A DNA stretch of 64,000 nucleotides from Chitinophaga pinensis (lineage in GTDB: Bacteria; Bacteroidota; Bacteroidia; UKL13-3): positions 8,884 through 72,883 of the forward strand of contig CAMBSD010000017.1 of assembly GCA_945870425.1 (NCBI GenBank), written 5' to 3'. Positions 61,549 to 64,000 of the stretch are shown here, in pieces. The position numbers and the translations under genes were made by a program. Within the stretch, counting starts at the first letter, position 1; every line of letters begins with the position of its first letter. The notes below the pieces were generated by a model. That model had not been told where the DNA came from. It did no database searches and saw nothing but the letters and a program-made list of their open reading frames with translations.

Positions 61549-63210
61549 ATGACCAACTCAGATATAGCCGATATTTTAAAACATTATGCCGACCTATACG
61601 AATTGCATGACGGCAACCCATTTAAGGTGAAACAATTTGCCAGTGCATCTTTTAGGGTAGATAAAATGGGAGTGACCCTATTTGGTAAAAGCAGTGAAGA
61701 GCTTGAAAAAACAGAAGGATTGAACAAGGGACTAGCTGCCAAAATTTTTGAGATTTGTAATATAGGTAGCTTTGCAGACTTAAATGATTTATTGGCAAAT
61801 ACACCTGAAGGAATCATTCAAATTATGCGTATTAAGGGCATTGGTCCTAAAAAAGTAGCGCATATATGGAAAGAGCTGGGTATTGAAAGTATTGGTGAAT
61901 TGCTATATGCATGTAAAGAAAACCGCTTGGCACAAGCAAAAGGGTTCGGACTAAAAAGTCAGTTGAATGTTATCAAAGAGATTGAATTTATTTTTGCCAG
62001 TGCTAATAAGTTTCACTATGCCAAACTCGAACCCATTGCCAATTTATTAATAAACGATTTACAAAAACACATCACTGGTATTAATCAAATCTCGATAAGT
62101 GGAGATATGCGCAGACGCTGTGAAGTGATTGAAAGAATTCAAATAACAGCATCAGTGGCTAATAAGGAAGAAGCTATTGAGAGTATAAGTCAACAGCCAT
62201 TGTTTTCATCTGTTCTATCCAATGACAATGGACTTTCAGGTAATTATGGAGGATACCCTTTTGATTTGATGATGTGTGATGATAGCGAGTTTGCTTATCA
62301 ATTATTTTTAAATACTGCCACGCAAGAACATTTAGCACAATTAGGTTCACTACCACATAGCATACAAAATCTTACGAATGAAAATGAAATGTATGCAGCA
62401 CTCAACATGCAATACATTGAACCCGAGATGCGTGAGGGTAGGGGAGAAGTGGAAAAAGCCAAAAGCCATTCACTACCTAAACTTATTGAACTAAGCGATT
62501 TAAAAGGGCCATTGCACAACCACTCTAAATGGAGTGATGGTTTGTTTACCATTGAAGAAATGGCAAAACATTGCATAAGCAAAGGCTACCAATACCTTGG
62601 CATGGGCGACCACTCTAAAAGCGCCTTTTATGCCAATGGAATGAAGGAGTTTCAGATAATTGAACAACACAAAGAAATAGATGCTTTAAATGCTAAATAC
62701 CCTGCCTTCAAAATTTTTAAAGGCATTGAGTGCGATATCTTATACGATGGCAGCATGGACTATGAAAATGATGTGCTTGCTTCATTTGATTATGTAGTGG
62801 CCTCTGTGCATAGCATATTAAAAATGACCGAAGAAAAAGCCATGCAGCGATTGATAGGAGCCATTGAAAACCCCTATACCACCATATTAGGCCACCCAAC
62901 TGGGCGCTTATTGCTAATGCGTGAAGGGTATCCCATCGACCATAAAAAAATGATTGATGCCTGTGTGGCCAATCGGGTGGTAATAGAAATTAATGCCAAC
63001 CCATACCGATTGGATTTAGATTGGCGATGGATAGACTATGCCCTAAACAAAGGCGCTATGCTAAGCATAAACCCTGATGCCCACGATTTAGACGGTTTTG
63101 CCGATATGTATTTTGGTACCCTAGTGGCCCGCAAAGGCGGACTAACAAAAGAGCATTGCCTAAACGCCATGAATGTGGAGGAGATTACAGCTTATTTTAG
63201 TAGGAAATAG
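61549..63210 (+). CDS. polX: PolX-PHP (DNA polymerase X/3'-5' exonuclease)
   Basis: ELHDGNPFK, IKGIGPKK HhH, IEPEMRE, PHP motifs HNHSKWSDG, DHS, ECDI, SVH, GHPTGR, EIN, PDAH. Confidence 0.92.
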   Translation: MTNSDIADILKHYADLYELHDGNPFKVKQFASASFRVDKMGVTLFGKSSEELEKTEGLNKGLAAKIFEICNIGSFADLNDLLANTPEGIIQIMRIKGIGPKKVAHIWKELGIESIGELLYACKENRLAQAKGFGLKSQLNVIKEIEFIFASANKFHYAKLEPIANLLINDLQKHITGINQISISGDMRRRCEVIERIQITASVANKEEAIESISQQPLFSSVLSNDNGLSGNYGGYPFDLMMCDDSEFAYQLFLNTATQEHLAQLGSLPHSIQNLTNENEMYAALNMQYIEPEMREGRGEVEKAKSHSLPKLIELSDLKGPLHNHSKWSDGLFTIEEMAKHCISKGYQYLGMGDHSKSAFYANGMKEFQIIEQHKEIDALNAKYPAFKIFKGIECDILYDGSMDYENDVLASFDYVVASVHSILKMTEEKAMQRLIGAIENPYTTILGHPTGRLLLMREGYPIDHKKMIDACVANRVVIEINANPYRLDLDWRWIDYALNKGAMLSINPDAHDLDGFADMYFGTLVARKGGLTKEHCLNAMNVEEITAYFSRK

Positions 63211-63286
63211 TTTAACGGTTCACGGTTTTACATTTTACGGTAATCAGTCAAACTGTGAACTGATATACTGAGAACCAGTTACCTTA

Positions 63287-63321
63287 AAACAAAAAATCCC
63301 GCCATGCGGGATTTTTTGTTT
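63287..63321. terminator. Bidirectional terminator
   Basis: AAACAAAAAATCCCGC-cat-GCGGGATTTTTTGTTT between convergent genes. Confidence 0.85.
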
Positions 63322-63387
63322 GGTATTTTAGAGGCGAAATGTTTTTTGATTTTATTTAGTTGGTTAGGAAGAAATACCCAACTTCAC

Positions 63388-63900
63388 TTAAAACTTTAAC
63401 TTCTTTGCTTTGAATGCATAGCCAAAACTAATTGCTGGCCAAGGTAATATGGGTGTTCCGAAAAGCTTTGTGTTTGGCATTAATAATCCACAAACGCCTG
63501 CTCTAAACATAAACCCGCCATCTGATGGCATTCTTCTATAACCAATTCTAATTGATCCAAGAGGACTTCCTATATCATTCGGGGATATTGTTAATCCCCC
63601 GCCAACTTCAAAATATTTTATATTTTTACCCCACATCCAATCGTATTCTATAGGAATAATGATATCTGAATTGAATAACTCAATACCTACCCTTATATTT
63701 GTCCACCTGACATCAGTAAGTTTCATCCTACTTTCGTAATTTAATGAGTACAAAAGACCATTGCCCAATATTTCCGCATTTAACCCACTTTGCTGCATAA
63801 TTGGCTTTTTATAGGTAAATTGTGAGCTAGCTTTATAAGAGATAGAATTAATTACTAACAGGGCTAATATTATTTTGATTTGTGGGTATATTTCTTTCAT
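63388..63900 (-). CDS. Hypothetical secreted/small outer-membrane beta-barrel-like protein
   Basis: Signal peptide from ATG 63900; EILGNGLLYSLNYE, YFEVGGG, IGYR, FMFRAG, ISFGYAF strands. Confidence 0.6.
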   Translation of the reverse strand: MKEIYPQIKIILALLVINSISYKASSQFTYKKPIMQQSGLNAEILGNGLLYSLNYESRMKLTDVRWTNIRVGIELFNSDIIIPIEYDWMWGKNIKYFEVGGGLTISPNDIGSPLGSIRIGYRRMPSDGGFMFRAGVCGLLMPNTKLFGTPILPWPAISFGYAFKAKKLKF

Positions 63901-64000
63901 AATTAAGTGTTTTTGTCTGAAGCGCTCTAAAATTTGATTGTTCAATACAACAAAATCGACTGATTATTTCAGTTATGCAATAACTTATCCATCTAACATG

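Overview
AT-rich window from a Bacteroidota chromosome (T9SS C-terminal domains, TAnnTTTG-type promoters, Bacteroidota-specific DUF families); no phage, CRISPR or reverse transcriptase is seen. Housekeeping genes: msrA, rsmI, lnt, pth, rplY, prs, tRNA-Gln, nfuA, a tsaC-family gene, yggS, PGM/PMM, polX. Accessory content: a translationally coupled UbiA-type III PKS-methyltransferase-FAD oxidoreductase operon; a 1533-aa in-frame fusion of oligopeptidase B to a DUF5686-type outer-membrane protein; three signalling clusters (one with a frameshifted pseudogene); a Y1 transposase flanked by REP-like hairpins; a candidate sRNA. The most striking region is a 17-kb surface-protein locus (23.3-40.2 kb): two very large secreted proteins (a three-domain phosphatase and a lectin/RCC1/NHL adhesin) end in near-identical dockerin-like modules and flank a T9SS substrate with a cohesin-like N-terminus plus a tiny PID-CTERM-like protein, suggesting a cellulosome-like surface assembly for phosphorus scavenging and adhesion. 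All family assignments are from motif recognition by eye; no database search was run.
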